This document shows, in pieces, positions 9,611 through 19,612 of a DNA stretch of 64,000 nucleotides. The stretch is taken from positions 11,131 to 75,130 of the forward strand of contig JBKQIY010000048.1 of assembly GCA_052148155.1 (NCBI GenBank), given 5' to 3'. The notes under the pieces are model-generated. The model saw nothing but the letters and a program-made list of their open reading frames with translations. It searched no databases and had not been told where the DNA came from. The position numbers and the translations under genes are program-made. The stretch comes from Acidimicrobiia bacterium (GTDB lineage Bacteria > Actinomycetota > Acidimicrobiia > IMCC26256 > PALSA-610). Numbering within the stretch: position 1 is the first letter of the stretch; each line of letters begins with the position of its first letter.

Positions 9611-12189
9611 CGCAACGTTTCCACGCGCGCGTCGGTGATCGTCGCGTCAGCATCGATCAGCTCGGCCGCGCCCATCCCATCCGCGGAGAACTCCAGTCGC
9701 CCGATGCCGTCGGGTACACCGGCGTCGGGTTCGACCGCGACCAGGATCGATCCGCGATTGGAGGTGAGCCGCACCTGCGAGCCGGATTCGAGGCCCAAGA
9801 GCGACAGGGCGTGCGGGTTGATGCGCAGCGGGAACGGCCGGCGCACGCGTTCGAGCACCGGCGCTTCGCTGACCATGCGTCCATTGTCGTAGAGCCGGCG
9901 ACCCACCACGAGGCGCAGAGCGTACGCGTCGCGCGGCGGTACGACGACGTCCGCCACGATGCCGTCCCACGTCCACAGTTGGGGGGCCGCATTGTCGGGC
10001 TCGGCGACATCGGTCGCGGCCTCACCTTCGACTTTGATCGGATCCCACGAGGTTCCCGACCCGTCGTCGGCCAGGATCGACAGCGCCCGGGTGCGCAAGA
10101 CCACCTCGTTGTGGTGGTCCCGCAGCGGGAGCACGACGCCGTCGCGCGCGCGTCGCAGCAACGCGGCGTCGACTCCGGCCACCGCCGGTGCGACCCGGGC
10201 CCGTTCGTCGGTGACCTCGTCGACGGTGGCGAAGTCGAAGTCGGTACCGAGCCGAACCGCGAGCTCGCCGGCAATTCGCCAGTCGTCCATCGCTGCGCCC
10301 TCCGGCGCGACCTTGCGGCCGACGCGTTGGACGCGGCCTTCAAGATTGGTGACGCTGCCGGTCTTCTCGCCCCAAAGGGTGCAGGGCAGCACAACTTCGG
10401 CAGGTTCCGACGACCGTGTCAGGAACGCTCCGACGGCGATGATGTGTTTCGCGCCGGCGATCGCGCGTCGAGCGAGCTGCGCGTCGGGGAAATCGGCGAC
10501 GGGATCGCAACCGAAGATCACGAGCACTTCGAGGGTTCCGGCCGCGCTCGCTTCGAGAATTCCCCGCGCGTCGAATCCCTGGGCCGGAGGAGTGCGGCTC
10601 CCCCAGGCGGACTGAAACCAATCGCGACCAGCCTCCAGCGAGACGCGGCCAGGCAAAAAGCCGGGTACGAGCCCCGAGTCGATCGCGCCGTGCACGTTGC
10701 CGCGACGCAACGCGGACAGGAACAGCACGTCGGGAATGTCACGCAGCGCGCGCGCCTGGTGCATCGCGACGCCGCTCGACTCCGCGAGCGACGCGCGACC
10801 GAAGACCACCACGACCGGTCCGGGACGGTCGCCGCGTGCTCGGCTGATCTGCTCAAGCGTCTCGGCGTCGATCTGCTCGCCCGGCATCGAACGCGAGATC
10901 GCGGTCGCGTGCTCGGTGAGTCCGTGCGAAACGGTCGCGAGGTCGACGAGCGGCACTCCTAGCTCGAGCGCGGCCCGGCGCACCCGCAGGTGCAGGACCG
11001 GCAGTTCCTCTTCGAGATCGGGACCGAGCAGCACGATCGCGCAGGCGCGATCGCAGTCGGCGATCTGGGCCCGTGGTAGCCCGATCACAACCTCGGCGGG
11101 GAGACCGTCGCCCATTTGGGCGTCGACGTTGTCGGTGCCGATCACACCTTTCATCAACCGTGCGAACGCGTACGAGTCCTCGTTGGTACTGCGCGCACCG
11201 CCGAGCAGTGCGATCGAGTCGGGGCCGTGATGCTCGAGCGCGTCCCGCAGCAAGGCTGCCGCGGCGTCGAGCGCGTCGGGCCACGAAACCTGGTGGAGCT
11301 CACCGTCGACGCGACGGTGCGGTTCGAGCACCCGCCGTTCGGAGTGCACCCATTCGATGCCGTATCGGCCCTTGTCGCAGAGCCATCCGTGGTTGACGGG
11401 CTCGGAGTCGACTCCGAGCAGTCTCACGAGGCGATTCGACGACGATTGCAGTGCGCCCCGGCACTGCACTGCGCATGTGTTGCAGGATGTCTCGACCGTT
11501 TCGAGATCCCACGGTCGCGCTTTGAAGCGGTACTGACGAGCGGTGAGCGCGCCGACCGGACAGATCTGTACGGTGTTGCCTGAGAAGTAGGAGTCGAACG
11601 GCTGGTCGGCGAAGTTCAGCACCTGCATGCGATCGCCTCGCTCGACGAAGTCGATCAGCGGGTCGCCCGCGATCTCCTCGGCGAAGCGGGTGCAGCGCCC
11701 GCATTGAATGCAGCGTTCCCGATCGAGAAGGACCAAGTCGCTGAGCTGGATCGGCTTCTCGAAATGGCGTTTCTCCTCGACGAAGCGCGACTCGCCGGGC
11801 CCGAACGCCAACGTCTGGTCCTGGAGCGGGCATTCGCCGCCCCGGTCGCATACCGGACAATCGAGCGGATGGTTCACCAGCAAGAACTCGAGTACGCCGT
11901 CTTGAATTTTCTTCAGGGCGTCGCTTTGGGTGTTGCAGACCATGCCTTCGGCAACCGGGGTGGTGCAGGCGGGCGGAAAGCCGCGCACGCCGTCGACCTC
12001 GACGAGACACATGCGGCACATACCGACCGGTTTCATGCGCTCATGCCAACAGAACCGCGGGATATAGACACCGTGTTCCTGAGCGGCCTTGATCAGCAGC
12101 TCGCCCTTGGTCGCCTCGAACGTGACTCCGTCGACCGTGACGGTGACTGTGTCTTTCGTGACCTCCGCTTTCGGTTCGGTCGATGTCAC
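9607..12189 (-). CDS. nuoG: NADH-quinone oxidoreductase subunit G
   Basis: N-terminal 2Fe-2S/4Fe-4S Cys clusters (CWHERMKPVGMCRMCLVEV, HPLDCPVCDRGGECPLQD, CIQCGRCTRF) followed by a molybdopterin-oxidoreductase-like domain. Confidence 0.95.
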   Translation of the reverse strand: MTSTEPKAEVTKDTVTVTVDGVTFEATKGELLIKAAQEHGVYIPRFCWHERMKPVGMCRMCLVEVDGVRGFPPACTTPVAEGMVCNTQSDALKKIQDGVLEFLLVNHPLDCPVCDRGGECPLQDQTLAFGPGESRFVEEKRHFEKPIQLSDLVLLDRERCIQCGRCTRFAEEIAGDPLIDFVERGDRMQVLNFADQPFDSYFSGNTVQICPVGALTARQYRFKARPWDLETVETSCNTCAVQCRGALQSSSNRLVRLLGVDSEPVNHGWLCDKGRYGIEWVHSERRVLEPHRRVDGELHQVSWPDALDAAAALLRDALEHHGPDSIALLGGARSTNEDSYAFARLMKGVIGTDNVDAQMGDGLPAEVVIGLPRAQIADCDRACAIVLLGPDLEEELPVLHLRVRRAALELGVPLVDLATVSHGLTEHATAISRSMPGEQIDAETLEQISRARGDRPGPVVVVFGRASLAESSGVAMHQARALRDIPDVLFLSALRRGNVHGAIDSGLVPGFLPGRVSLEAGRDWFQSAWGSRTPPAQGFDARGILEASAAGTLEVLVIFGCDPVADFPDAQLARRAIAGAKHIIAVGAFLTRSSEPAEVVLPCTLWGEKTGSVTNLEGRVQRVGRKVAPEGAAMDDWRIAGELAVRLGTDFDFATVDEVTDERARVAPAVAGVDAALLRRARDGVVLPLRDHHNEVVLRTRALSILADDGSGTSWDPIKVEGEAATDVAEPDNAAPQLWTWDGIVADVVVPPRDAYALRLVVGRRLYDNGRMVSEAPVLERVRRPFPLRINPHALSLLGLESGSQVRLTSNRGSILVAVEPDAGVPDGIGRLEFSADGMGAAELIDADATITDARVETLR

Positions 12190-13490
12190 GCTGGTACTCC
12201 CGCCGGGTAACGCGCTTCGATCTCAGCACGGAAATATCGATGCAAGCTGGCAACGCTGCTGACGACCGAGGGGCCGAGCGGACAGATGGTCGTCTGGATG
12301 AACGGCGCGTTCATCACTCCGGGCGAGATGTTGCCACCGATCTCGAAGAGCAGATCGAGATCCTCGGCTCGCCCCAGCCCGTGGGACATGCGATACAGCA
12401 CCTTCTCGACCCAGCCGGTTCCTTCCCGACACGGCGTGCACTTGCCGCATGATTCGTGCGCGAAGAATTTCGCGAGCCGCCAGGCGACGAGGAGCGGGTC
12501 GACGGTTTCGTCGAACACCATGACTGCGCCCGAACCGAGCATGACGTTGTAGGTCTGCTGCACGAAGTCCATGTCGAGCGGGGCGTCAAGATGTTCGTCG
12601 CTCCCGGTGAGCCACTGCGACGACGCCCCGCCGGGGATGAAGAACTTCACGTCGCGGTCGCCTCGGATACCGCCGGCGATGCCGTAGATGAGATCTCGGA
12701 ACGTGCAACCGAGCTCGACCTCGTAGTTGCCCGGACGATTGACATGGCCCGAGACGGAGAACAAGCGGGTGCCGGTCGATCGATTGACGCCGAGTTTCGC
12801 GTATTCTGCGCCGCCCATCGCGACGATATGCGGCACGGTGGAAAGCGTTTCGACGTTGTTGACGACGGTCGGCTTCGCGTACAAGCCGGCAATTGCCGGG
12901 AACGGCGGCCGGATTCGAGGCATACCGCGCTCGCCTTCGAGCGACTCGAGCAGGGCAGTTTCCTCGCCGCAGATGTACGCGCCCGCGCCCCGGTGCACGA
13001 CGATGTCGAGATCGAAGCCTGAACCTTGAATGTTCGAGCCGAGAAGGCCTTTGGCCTTGGCGTCTGCGATGGCTTGGTTCAGCCGTTCGTAACCGAGCGC
13101 GAATTCGCCGCGTAGGTACACGAACGCGACGTTGCACTGGATCGCGAAGGCTGCGATGGCGATGCCCTCGACTAACTGATGCGGATCGCGCTCGACGAGC
13201 ATGCGGTCCTTAAAGGTCGACGGTTCGCCCTCGTCGGCGTTGATCACGAGGTAGCGCGGAAACAAGTCCGCGGGCAGGAACGACCACTTCTGTGCCGTCG
13301 GGAATCCGGCGCCGCCGCGGCCGCGCAGGCCCGACAACTTCACCTGTTCGGCCACGTCGGCACGGTCGTCGGCGGCGAGCACCGCGCGCAGCGACTCGTA
13401 GGCACCGCTCGCAAGCGCGCCATCCACCGTCCACGAGTCGTCGGGACGATCGTGCAACCGTTTCGTGACGATGCGGGTCTCGGAAATCAT
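12186..13490 (-). CDS. nuoF: NADH-quinone oxidoreductase subunit F
   Basis: FMN/NADH-site motifs GRGGAGFPT and GAGAYICGEETALLESLEG, plus the C-terminal 4Fe-4S Cys motif ESCGKCTPCREG. Confidence 0.95.
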   Translation of the reverse strand: MISETRIVTKRLHDRPDDSWTVDGALASGAYESLRAVLAADDRADVAEQVKLSGLRGRGGAGFPTAQKWSFLPADLFPRYLVINADEGEPSTFKDRMLVERDPHQLVEGIAIAAFAIQCNVAFVYLRGEFALGYERLNQAIADAKAKGLLGSNIQGSGFDLDIVVHRGAGAYICGEETALLESLEGERGMPRIRPPFPAIAGLYAKPTVVNNVETLSTVPHIVAMGGAEYAKLGVNRSTGTRLFSVSGHVNRPGNYEVELGCTFRDLIYGIAGGIRGDRDVKFFIPGGASSQWLTGSDEHLDAPLDMDFVQQTYNVMLGSGAVMVFDETVDPLLVAWRLAKFFAHESCGKCTPCREGTGWVEKVLYRMSHGLGRAEDLDLLFEIGGNISPGVMNAPFIQTTICPLGPSVVSSVASLHRYFRAEIEARYPAGVPA

Positions 13491-13572
13491 GCGCCTGCGG
13501 CCTCCGGTCTGCCATCACGGAGGATCCGTCGAACTCGACCCCAGCCAACGGCCGGCGGCTGACCGCAGGCCA

Positions 13573-14064
13573 TCAGACCGTCGATCCCGACGTCGTGCGC
13601 GCCTGGCGCGCACCGGTTCGGTATTCCTCGATCACTCGCTGCGCCGACTCGCGGGTCAACCGTTCGTGGAACTCGTAGTTGACCTGCATCGAAGGCGCCC
13701 CGCCACACGCGGCCAGGCACTCGACCTCCTCGACGGTGACGTCGGGATCGGTCGCGTAATGCTCCTCGAGATGTTCGAGGATTTCGGGGCCGCCGGTCAC
13801 CAGACAGGTCACGTTCGTGCAGACCGACACGACCAGCTTTCCGCACGGGCGCCGTTTGAACATCGTGTAGAACGAACAGGTGCCCTGAACTTCGGCCGAG
13901 GTCACGCCGGCGAGTTCCGCGATCTCATCCATCGCTTCGTTGCTGAGCCATCCGTTTTGGTCCTGCGCAAGATGTGCGAGGGGCAGAATCGCCGACTTCG
14001 CTCGGGGATAGCGCGCCACGATCTCCTTCGCGCGTTGACGATTCGGTTCCGTAAAGAACGTCAT
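13573..14064 (-). CDS. nuoE: NADH-quinone oxidoreductase subunit E (2Fe-2S)
   Basis: Thioredoxin-like 2Fe-2S protein (VSVCTNVTCLVTGG ... VECLAACGGAPSMQVN). Start taken as ATG at 14064; ATG at 14085 is an alternative. The ORF upstream of that overlaps nuoD. Confidence 0.9.
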   Translation of the reverse strand: MTFFTEPNRQRAKEIVARYPRAKSAILPLAHLAQDQNGWLSNEAMDEIAELAGVTSAEVQGTCSFYTMFKRRPCGKLVVSVCTNVTCLVTGGPEILEHLEEHYATDPDVTVEEVECLAACGGAPSMQVNYEFHERLTRESAQRVIEEYRTGARQARTTSGSTV

Positions 14065-14128
14065 GACCTTCCCGCCCCCCAGCATCCGCGAGCAGCTCTC
14101 AGCATCGGACCGGTTCTCTTGGTGGCCG

Positions 14129-15439
14129 TCATCGATCCACCTCGCCCATGATCGGATCGACGCTGGAGACAATCGCGATCGCGTCGGCGACCAGGCTGCC
14201 CGTGCCCATCGGTTCAATGCTTTGCAGGTTGTAGAACGACGGTCCGCGGATGTGCATGCGAACCGGTTTTCCGGAGCCGTCGCTCACCATGTAGCAGCCG
14301 ATCTCGCCACGCGGCGACTCGATCGCGAGGTAGGTCTCACCGGCGGGCACCTTGAAGCCCTCCGTGAAGAGTTTGAAGTGGTGGATCAAGGCTTCCATCG
14401 ACTCATCGATCCGGGCCCGCGGCGGCGGTGTGAGCTTCTTGTCCTGCACCCGGTAGTCCCCGGCCGGCATGCGCTCGACGCATTGGCGCACGATCTTTAT
14501 CGACTCGAAGATCTCGGCCAGCCGCAGCCGGTAGCGGTCGAACACGTCGCCGTTCGCGCCGTACACGACGTCGAAGTCGACCTCGTCGTAGGCGAGATAC
14601 GGCTGGGCTTTGCGCAGATCCCACGCGAATCCGGTTGAACGCAGGATCGGACCGGTGATGCTGCGCGCCAGGCACTCCTCCGTGGTGATGAGGCCGATGC
14701 CGACGGTGCGCTCCCGCCAAATCGGATTCTCCGACAGCAGCTCGTCGTACTCGCCGGCGCCGTGCTCCACCGCCTTGCACAGCTCGAGGACGCGTTCTTG
14801 CCAACCGTCGGGAAGGTCGGCGGCGACACCGCCCGGGCGGATGAAGTTGTGATTCATACGTAAGCCGGTCACGAACTCGAGGTAGCGCAGCACCTCTTCG
14901 CGTTCACGCCAGCCGTACAACATCATCGACACCGCGCCAATGTCCATGCCGTTCGTGGCCTGGAACAGCAAATGCGACGACATACGGTTGAGTTCGACGA
15001 GCATCATTCGGATCCACGTCGCGCGGGGCGTGACCTCGATGTCGAGCAATCGCTCGACCGCCATGCTGTAGACGAGCTCGTTCGACAGCGGCGCCGCATA
15101 GTCCATGCGCGTCACGTTGGTGCCGCCCTGGACGTAGGTGAGCTCCTCGGCCGTCTTCTCCATACCGGTGTGCAGATAGCCGATGACCGGCTTGACCCGC
15201 AGCACCTCTTCGGAATCGAGCTCCATCATCAAGCGGAGCACCCCGTGCGTCGACGGGTGTTGCGGACCCATGTTGATGATCATCGTGTCGTCGAGCGGGT
15301 CCTCGGGCCACATCCCGCCGCCCGTCAGCACAACTTCTTGCGTGCGTGGCCGCGGCTGCAACTCCTGTGCGCCTTCGGACGTCTGACGCTCCAGACGCGC
15401 GTCTTCGATTAGCTCTTCGTCGCTGCTGAGTTCACTCAT
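14129..15439 (-). CDS. nuoD: NADH-quinone oxidoreductase subunit D
   Basis: NuoD/49-kDa-like sequence (INMGPQHPSTHGVLRL, YLHTGMEKTAE, C-terminal SSVDPIMGEVDR). Confidence 0.95.
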   Translation of the reverse strand: MSELSSDEELIEDARLERQTSEGAQELQPRPRTQEVVLTGGGMWPEDPLDDTMIINMGPQHPSTHGVLRLMMELDSEEVLRVKPVIGYLHTGMEKTAEELTYVQGGTNVTRMDYAAPLSNELVYSMAVERLLDIEVTPRATWIRMMLVELNRMSSHLLFQATNGMDIGAVSMMLYGWREREEVLRYLEFVTGLRMNHNFIRPGGVAADLPDGWQERVLELCKAVEHGAGEYDELLSENPIWRERTVGIGLITTEECLARSITGPILRSTGFAWDLRKAQPYLAYDEVDFDVVYGANGDVFDRYRLRLAEIFESIKIVRQCVERMPAGDYRVQDKKLTPPPRARIDESMEALIHHFKLFTEGFKVPAGETYLAIESPRGEIGCYMVSDGSGKPVRMHIRGPSFYNLQSIEPMGTGSLVADAIAIVSSVDPIMGEVDR

Positions 15440-15448
15440 CGCGTTCGC

Positions 15449-16018
15449 TCATCTGGGATGCGGGTCTCCCTTGAATGTGACCGGGACACGCGCGGGCGGG
15501 TAGTCCTTGCGGAGCGGATGGCCGTCCCAGTCGTCGGGCATGAGGATCCGGGTGAGCTCGGGATGACCGACGAAGTCGATGCCGAAAAAGTCGTAGGTTT
15601 CGCGCTCGGGAAAGTTCGTTCCCGGGTACACGGCCGTGAGCGACGGGACGCTGAGATCGTCGGCGGGCACCTCGCAGATCACGCGCACGCGGCGGTTGCG
15701 GACATGGGACAAGAAGTTCGCGACGACCTCGTAACGTTCGAGTCCGACTCCGTTCGGGGTGTGACGCACGCCGTCGAGCAGATGATCGGTCGCGGTGATG
15801 TCGACACACATCGTGAACTGCTGCTCGTCGCGCAACAAGCGCGCCACGTCGGCGAACACCGATCGGTCGACGTACACGACCGCCTGACCGTGGCTGCGAA
15901 CGAAACACGACTCTGGGAAGCGGTCGACGATCGCAGCGGCAACTTCATCGTCGGGTTTGGGGTCCTGCGGCTCCGGCTGGCCCTCGTGCACGTCTTCACG
16001 AGCGTCGTCGTCGGCCAT
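15449..16018 (-). CDS. nuoC: NADH-quinone oxidoreductase subunit C
   Basis: NuoC/30-kDa-like C-terminal region (FPERETYDFFGIDFVGHPELTRILMPDDWDGHPLRKDY). ATG at 16018 lies 25 nt after the nuoB stop. Confidence 0.9.
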   Translation of the reverse strand: MADDDAREDVHEGQPEPQDPKPDDEVAAAIVDRFPESCFVRSHGQAVVYVDRSVFADVARLLRDEQQFTMCVDITATDHLLDGVRHTPNGVGLERYEVVANFLSHVRNRRVRVICEVPADDLSVPSLTAVYPGTNFPERETYDFFGIDFVGHPELTRILMPDDWDGHPLRKDYPPARVPVTFKGDPHPR

Positions 16019-16043
16019 CGTCGTCTCGGTCCCGCCCGCCGAT

Positions 16044-16586
16044 TCAGTTCCCCGCCGGAGCCGGCGCGGAGGTGTCGAGCTGGATCGCGGCGCCGCCCGT
16101 CGGTGAAGCCTGGCGACGGCGGAGCAACTCACCGGTACGGATCTGGTCGTGCAGCGTGAGGATGCCGTGCATCAGGGTCTCCGGCCCGGGAGGGCACCCG
16201 GGCACGTACACATCGACGGGGACAATCTGATCGACGCCCTGCACGATCGCATAGTTGTTGAACATGCCGCCGCTGCTGGCGCACACGCCCATCGAGATCA
16301 CCCACTTGGGCTCGACCATCTGGTCGTACACCTGGCGCAACACCGGTGCCATCTTCTGCGAGACGCGCCCGGCGACGATCATCAAGTCCGCTTGACGCGG
16401 GCTCGCGCGGAAGACCTCCATGCCGAACCGTGCGAGGTCGTAATGCGCGGCGCCGGTTGCCATCATCTCGAGCGCGCAACATGCCAGACCGAACGTCGCC
16501 GGGAACACCGAGTTGCGCCGACCCCAACGCACAACGTCTTCGAGACGCGCAGTCATGAAGTTGTGCGGAATCTGGTCGAGCGGCAT
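16044..16586 (-). CDS. nuoB: NADH-quinone oxidoreductase subunit B
   Basis: [10 protein letters not shown] and [13 protein letters not shown] motifs (cluster N2 ligands). Start overlaps the nuoA stop (TAATG). Confidence 0.95.
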   Translation of the reverse strand: MPLDQIPHNFMTARLEDVVRWGRRNSVFPATFGLACCALEMMATGAAHYDLARFGMEVFRASPRQADLMIVAGRVSQKMAPVLRQVYDQMVEPKWVISMGVCASSGGMFNNYAIVQGVDQIVPVDVYVPGCPPGPETLMHGILTLHDQIRTGELLRRRQASPTGGAAIQLDTSAPAPAGN

Positions 16587-17047
16587 TACGCAGCCTCGCC
16601 GGTATCGGCGAGCGGATCGATGGTGGGATCCAACACCGCCTCACTCGTTCGGAGCAGCGGACCCGGAAACCGTTCGATCACGTCGCGCACCGGCGCCCAC
16701 TCGAGTGCGCCGACCGACAGCAGGTACGCGAACGGGACCAGCAACGCGAGCACAAACGCCGTCATCGCGACCAACCCGAACAGGCCCAGGCCGCGGAACA
16801 CGACGGAGAACGGGTAGAGGAAGACGATCTCGACGTCGAGCACGATGAAGCTCATCGCAACCAGATAGAACTTCACCGGAAAACGTTCGGCCTTTTCGGT
16901 GCCCTCGGGCACGATTCCGCACTCGTACGGCGCTTGCTTCGCCGCGTTGCCGCGTTGGCGTACGAGGAACTGTGACGCCACGAACGAAAAAAATACGAAG
17001 GCAACGACGAGCACGGCCATCACGAGGATCGGCAGGTAGTCGCTCAT
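16586..17047 (-). CDS. nuoA: NADH-quinone oxidoreductase subunit A, with an extended C-terminal tail
   Basis: NuoA-like core ([41 protein letters not shown]). First gene of the nuoA-N series. About 30 extra C-terminal residues compared with the paralogue at 175..537. Confidence 0.9.
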   Translation of the reverse strand: MSDYLPILVMAVLVVAFVFFSFVASQFLVRQRGNAAKQAPYECGIVPEGTEKAERFPVKFYLVAMSFIVLDVEIVFLYPFSVVFRGLGLFGLVAMTAFVLALLVPFAYLLSVGALEWAPVRDVIERFPGPLLRTSEAVLDPTIDPLADTGEAA

Positions 17048-17161
17048 CCACTCACCTGCGTGCTCACCTGCGCATGCGCGCCTCGGCCAGGGACGAAGCG
17101 GAGGCTATCCGAACCGCCGGGCGTGACGTGCCGGTCCGCGCGTCGCGCCATCGTCAGCGTG

Positions 17162-18427
17162 TCACGATCCCTCGGGGACGAGCCGGACGATCGCCGCCAC
17201 CGCGCGGTAGGCAGCCTCGGCCGGCCCGAGCTCCTCGGGCCGCATCAGGTTGGCCATGATCCGCAACACCCATTCCATGAGGGTGCGGCTTCGCATACCA
17301 ACGCGGGTGAGTTCGCGCATCACTGCCGGGTTGCCAATCGCGCGCACAAAGGTACGAGCGACCTTGAAATACAGGCCGTACACCTCGTCGAGCCGTTCGG
17401 AGTAGGTCTCGAGGGCGACATCGTCGCCGGTCAGTAACGCAAGGTCTACGGCGTCGGCGCCAAGCCGTCCGGTCTCGTACGCGAGGGAGATTCCTTCGCC
17501 GTTGAACGGATTGACCGAACCCGCCGCGTCGCCGACCACGAGATACCTCGACCCCACCCGCGGCGTCACCGACCCACCGGTCGGGAGACGGCCCCCAGTG
17601 GGAGGGCCGGTCGCGGTCTTCGGCGAGATGCCCCACCGAGGTGGAGCGGTCGCGCAGAACGCGTCCATCAAATGGGTCGTGTTCACGTTCTTCCAGCCGG
17701 TGAAGGTCGACAGCAGCCCGACTCCGACGTTCACCGTTCCGTCACCAACCGGAAATATCCACCCATATCCTGGCAAATGGTTCCCATCGCGGTCGCGGAG
17801 GTCAAGATGGCTCTCGATCCACGGATCGTCGTGGAGCGGACTGGTGAAATAGCCGCGGATCGCCATCCCCAGCGGATAGGTCCGGTTGCGGGCCGTGCCC
17901 AGGGCCCGGCCGAATCGCGAGTTGGCGCCGTCGGCGACGATCACATACCGGGCCCGCAGCGCACGAGTCGTTCCAACCTCGTTGTCGTGCACCATCGCGC
18001 CGACGACCAGGCCGTTCTCGATCAGCGGTTCAGTGGCCTCCGTCGCCGCCAACAACCTGGCGCCCGCCTTCACCGCACGTTGGGCAACCATGTCGTCGAG
18101 CTCGCTTCGTCTCACGATGTAGCCGTACGGCGGAAAGTCCGGATGATCGGGCCATGCCAGCTCGAGGGTGATGCCATGCGCGATCGAGCGCAGCCCGTCG
18201 AAACGCTGAAATTGGCTCAGCTGGTCGGCCAGGCCCATGTCGTGCAGTTGACGGACCGCCCGGGGCGTGAGGCCGTCGCCACAGGTCTTGTCCCGCGGGA
18301 AGCGCTTCTTGTCGACCACCACGACCTGGTGACCGAGCGTCGCGAGCCAATAGGCGGCCGACGCCCCCGACGGCCCGGCACCCACGACGAGCACATCGAC
18401 GTGCGGGTCCGCGGGTTGGATCACCAC
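17162..18427 (-). CDS. Geranylgeranyl reductase family FAD-dependent oxidoreductase (possible menaquinone/isoprenoid side-chain reductase)
   Basis: FAD-binding N-terminus VDVLVVGAGPSGASAAYWLA followed by RFPRDKTCGDGLTPRAV, typical of the geranylgeranyl reductase family. GTG at 18427 or 18424 precedes the Rossmann fold; the upstream ORF part is Arg-rich. Confidence 0.75.
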   Translation of the reverse strand: MVIQPADPHVDVLVVGAGPSGASAAYWLATLGHQVVVVDKKRFPRDKTCGDGLTPRAVRQLHDMGLADQLSQFQRFDGLRSIAHGITLELAWPDHPDFPPYGYIVRRSELDDMVAQRAVKAGARLLAATEATEPLIENGLVVGAMVHDNEVGTTRALRARYVIVADGANSRFGRALGTARNRTYPLGMAIRGYFTSPLHDDPWIESHLDLRDRDGNHLPGYGWIFPVGDGTVNVGVGLLSTFTGWKNVNTTHLMDAFCATAPPRWGISPKTATGPPTGGRLPTGGSVTPRVGSRYLVVGDAAGSVNPFNGEGISLAYETGRLGADAVDLALLTGDDVALETYSERLDEVYGLYFKVARTFVRAIGNPAVMRELTRVGMRSRTLMEWVLRIMANLMRPEELGPAEAAYRAVAAIVRLVPEGS

Positions 18428-18567
18428 GCCATACTCACATGTGATGCGGTCCAGGGGCGCACCGGCAAAATTTTCCGGCCCGGCCCTGACGCGCGATGTG
18501 CCCAGGCCCGATCTAGCGTGGTAGCAAGAACTTCGCGCCCGCTTCCCGACAAGGAGCGCCCGGGCCC

Positions 18568-19179
18568 ATGCCCAACATCCACGTGAGCATGCTCGCCGTG
18601 CACGTGCCAAACGTGCTACCGAAGTACGTCCCGTGGATCGACTTCGCCAAACACCACGGCTTCTACGTCGACTCCCATTCGCAGTGGGTCCGCCACGCCG
18701 GCCGCGGGATCTGGTGGACGCTGCTCTTCACGATCGGCCTCGTCATCGGATACCGGATGACGAAGAAACCCAAGCCGGCCGAGCCAGCCACCTGGGCCCA
18801 GACAATTCTCGGAGCGCTCGGCGTGTGGGCGATGATGGCGTTGGGCTACGGCACCATCCCCCACGAGTGGCTGACCTTCGCCAACTCGTACCTCAACTTC
18901 AACACTGCGACGTTCGTGATGACAAAGAACCGATTCATCCATTTCGACATCACCCGCTCGATCGTGGGCGACGTCGGCGTGACCGTCATCTACGGAATCG
19001 TGCTGACCATCCAGCTCATCATGTTCGCCCGCTGGCAGAAACGCCCGGTGGCCGAACCAGACGATGGCGTGGCCGCCACGGAAGCATCCGAGGGCGGCGG
19101 CCCGTTGTCGCGCCTGCTCAGACGTCGAGAAAAGCGCGTGTCGGCCTATGGCCGTCCCGTCACGACGGCGGGAGACTGA
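18568..19179 (+). CDS. Uncharacterised membrane protein (about 3 TM), first gene of the Rieske/cytochrome b operon
   Basis: ATG preceded by AAGGAG. Hydrophobic segments include WWTLLFTIGLVIGY, ILGALGVWAMMALGYG and VGVTVIYGIVLTIQLIMF. Its stop overlaps the ferredoxin start (TGATG). I do not recognise a family. Confidence 0.6.
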   Translation: MPNIHVSMLAVHVPNVLPKYVPWIDFAKHHGFYVDSHSQWVRHAGRGIWWTLLFTIGLVIGYRMTKKPKPAEPATWAQTILGALGVWAMMALGYGTIPHEWLTFANSYLNFNTATFVMTKNRFIHFDITRSIVGDVGVTVIYGIVLTIQLIMFARWQKRPVAEPDDGVAATEASEGGGPLSRLLRRREKRVSAYGRPVTTAGD

Positions 19180-19592
19180 TGGCCAGGACAGATGCCAACC
19201 CGCCGATGCCGGAGTTCTCGACCTCCTACGTCTTGCAGGAGGTCGACCCGAAGTGGCTGACGCAAGCGGTCAAGCCCAAGCAGTTCCTGCACATCGACCA
19301 GGCCGAATGCATCCTCTGCGAAGGTTGCGTCGACATCTGTCCGTGGAAGTGCATTCACATGCTCTCCAACGACGCGATCGACGAAGCCGTCAACGCCGAC
19401 CAGCCTGGCGACGACCCGAAGGACCACGTGTTCTTCGTGGTCGACGAAGACGTCTGCACGCGGTGCGCACTGTGCGTCGACCGGTGCCCCACCGGTGTCA
19501 TCATCCTCGGCAAGGTCACCGACCAGTGGGGCGACGGCGACCCGAACGAACGAACCAACCGACACGGCTACGCCTACGGCGTCCGCTTCTAA
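19179..19592 (+). CDS. 2x[4Fe-4S] ferredoxin-domain protein
   Basis: Two CxxCxxCxxxCP motifs, CILCEGCVDICP and CTRCALCVDRCP. Translationally coupled to the preceding membrane protein and 20 nt upstream of cytochrome b. Confidence 0.85.
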   Translation: MARTDANPPMPEFSTSYVLQEVDPKWLTQAVKPKQFLHIDQAECILCEGCVDICPWKCIHMLSNDAIDEAVNADQPGDDPKDHVFFVVDEDVCTRCALCVDRCPTGVIILGKVTDQWGDGDPNERTNRHGYAYGVRF

Positions 19593-19612
19593 CCGGGAGA
19601 TAGGAAGCTCGG

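Noticed and set aside
9811-10962. 383-aa plus-strand ORF
   Set aside because: Antisense to nuoG, Arg/Asp-rich, no recognisable domain. Shadow ORF.
17051-17072. Direct repeat CTCACCTGCG x2 (12-nt period) immediately upstream of nuoA
   Set aside because: On the coding strand it reads CGCAGGTGAG twice, which looks like a duplicated Shine-Dalgarno-like AGGTGA next to the start codon. It is too short to assign a regulatory role and is not similar to the Rex operator.
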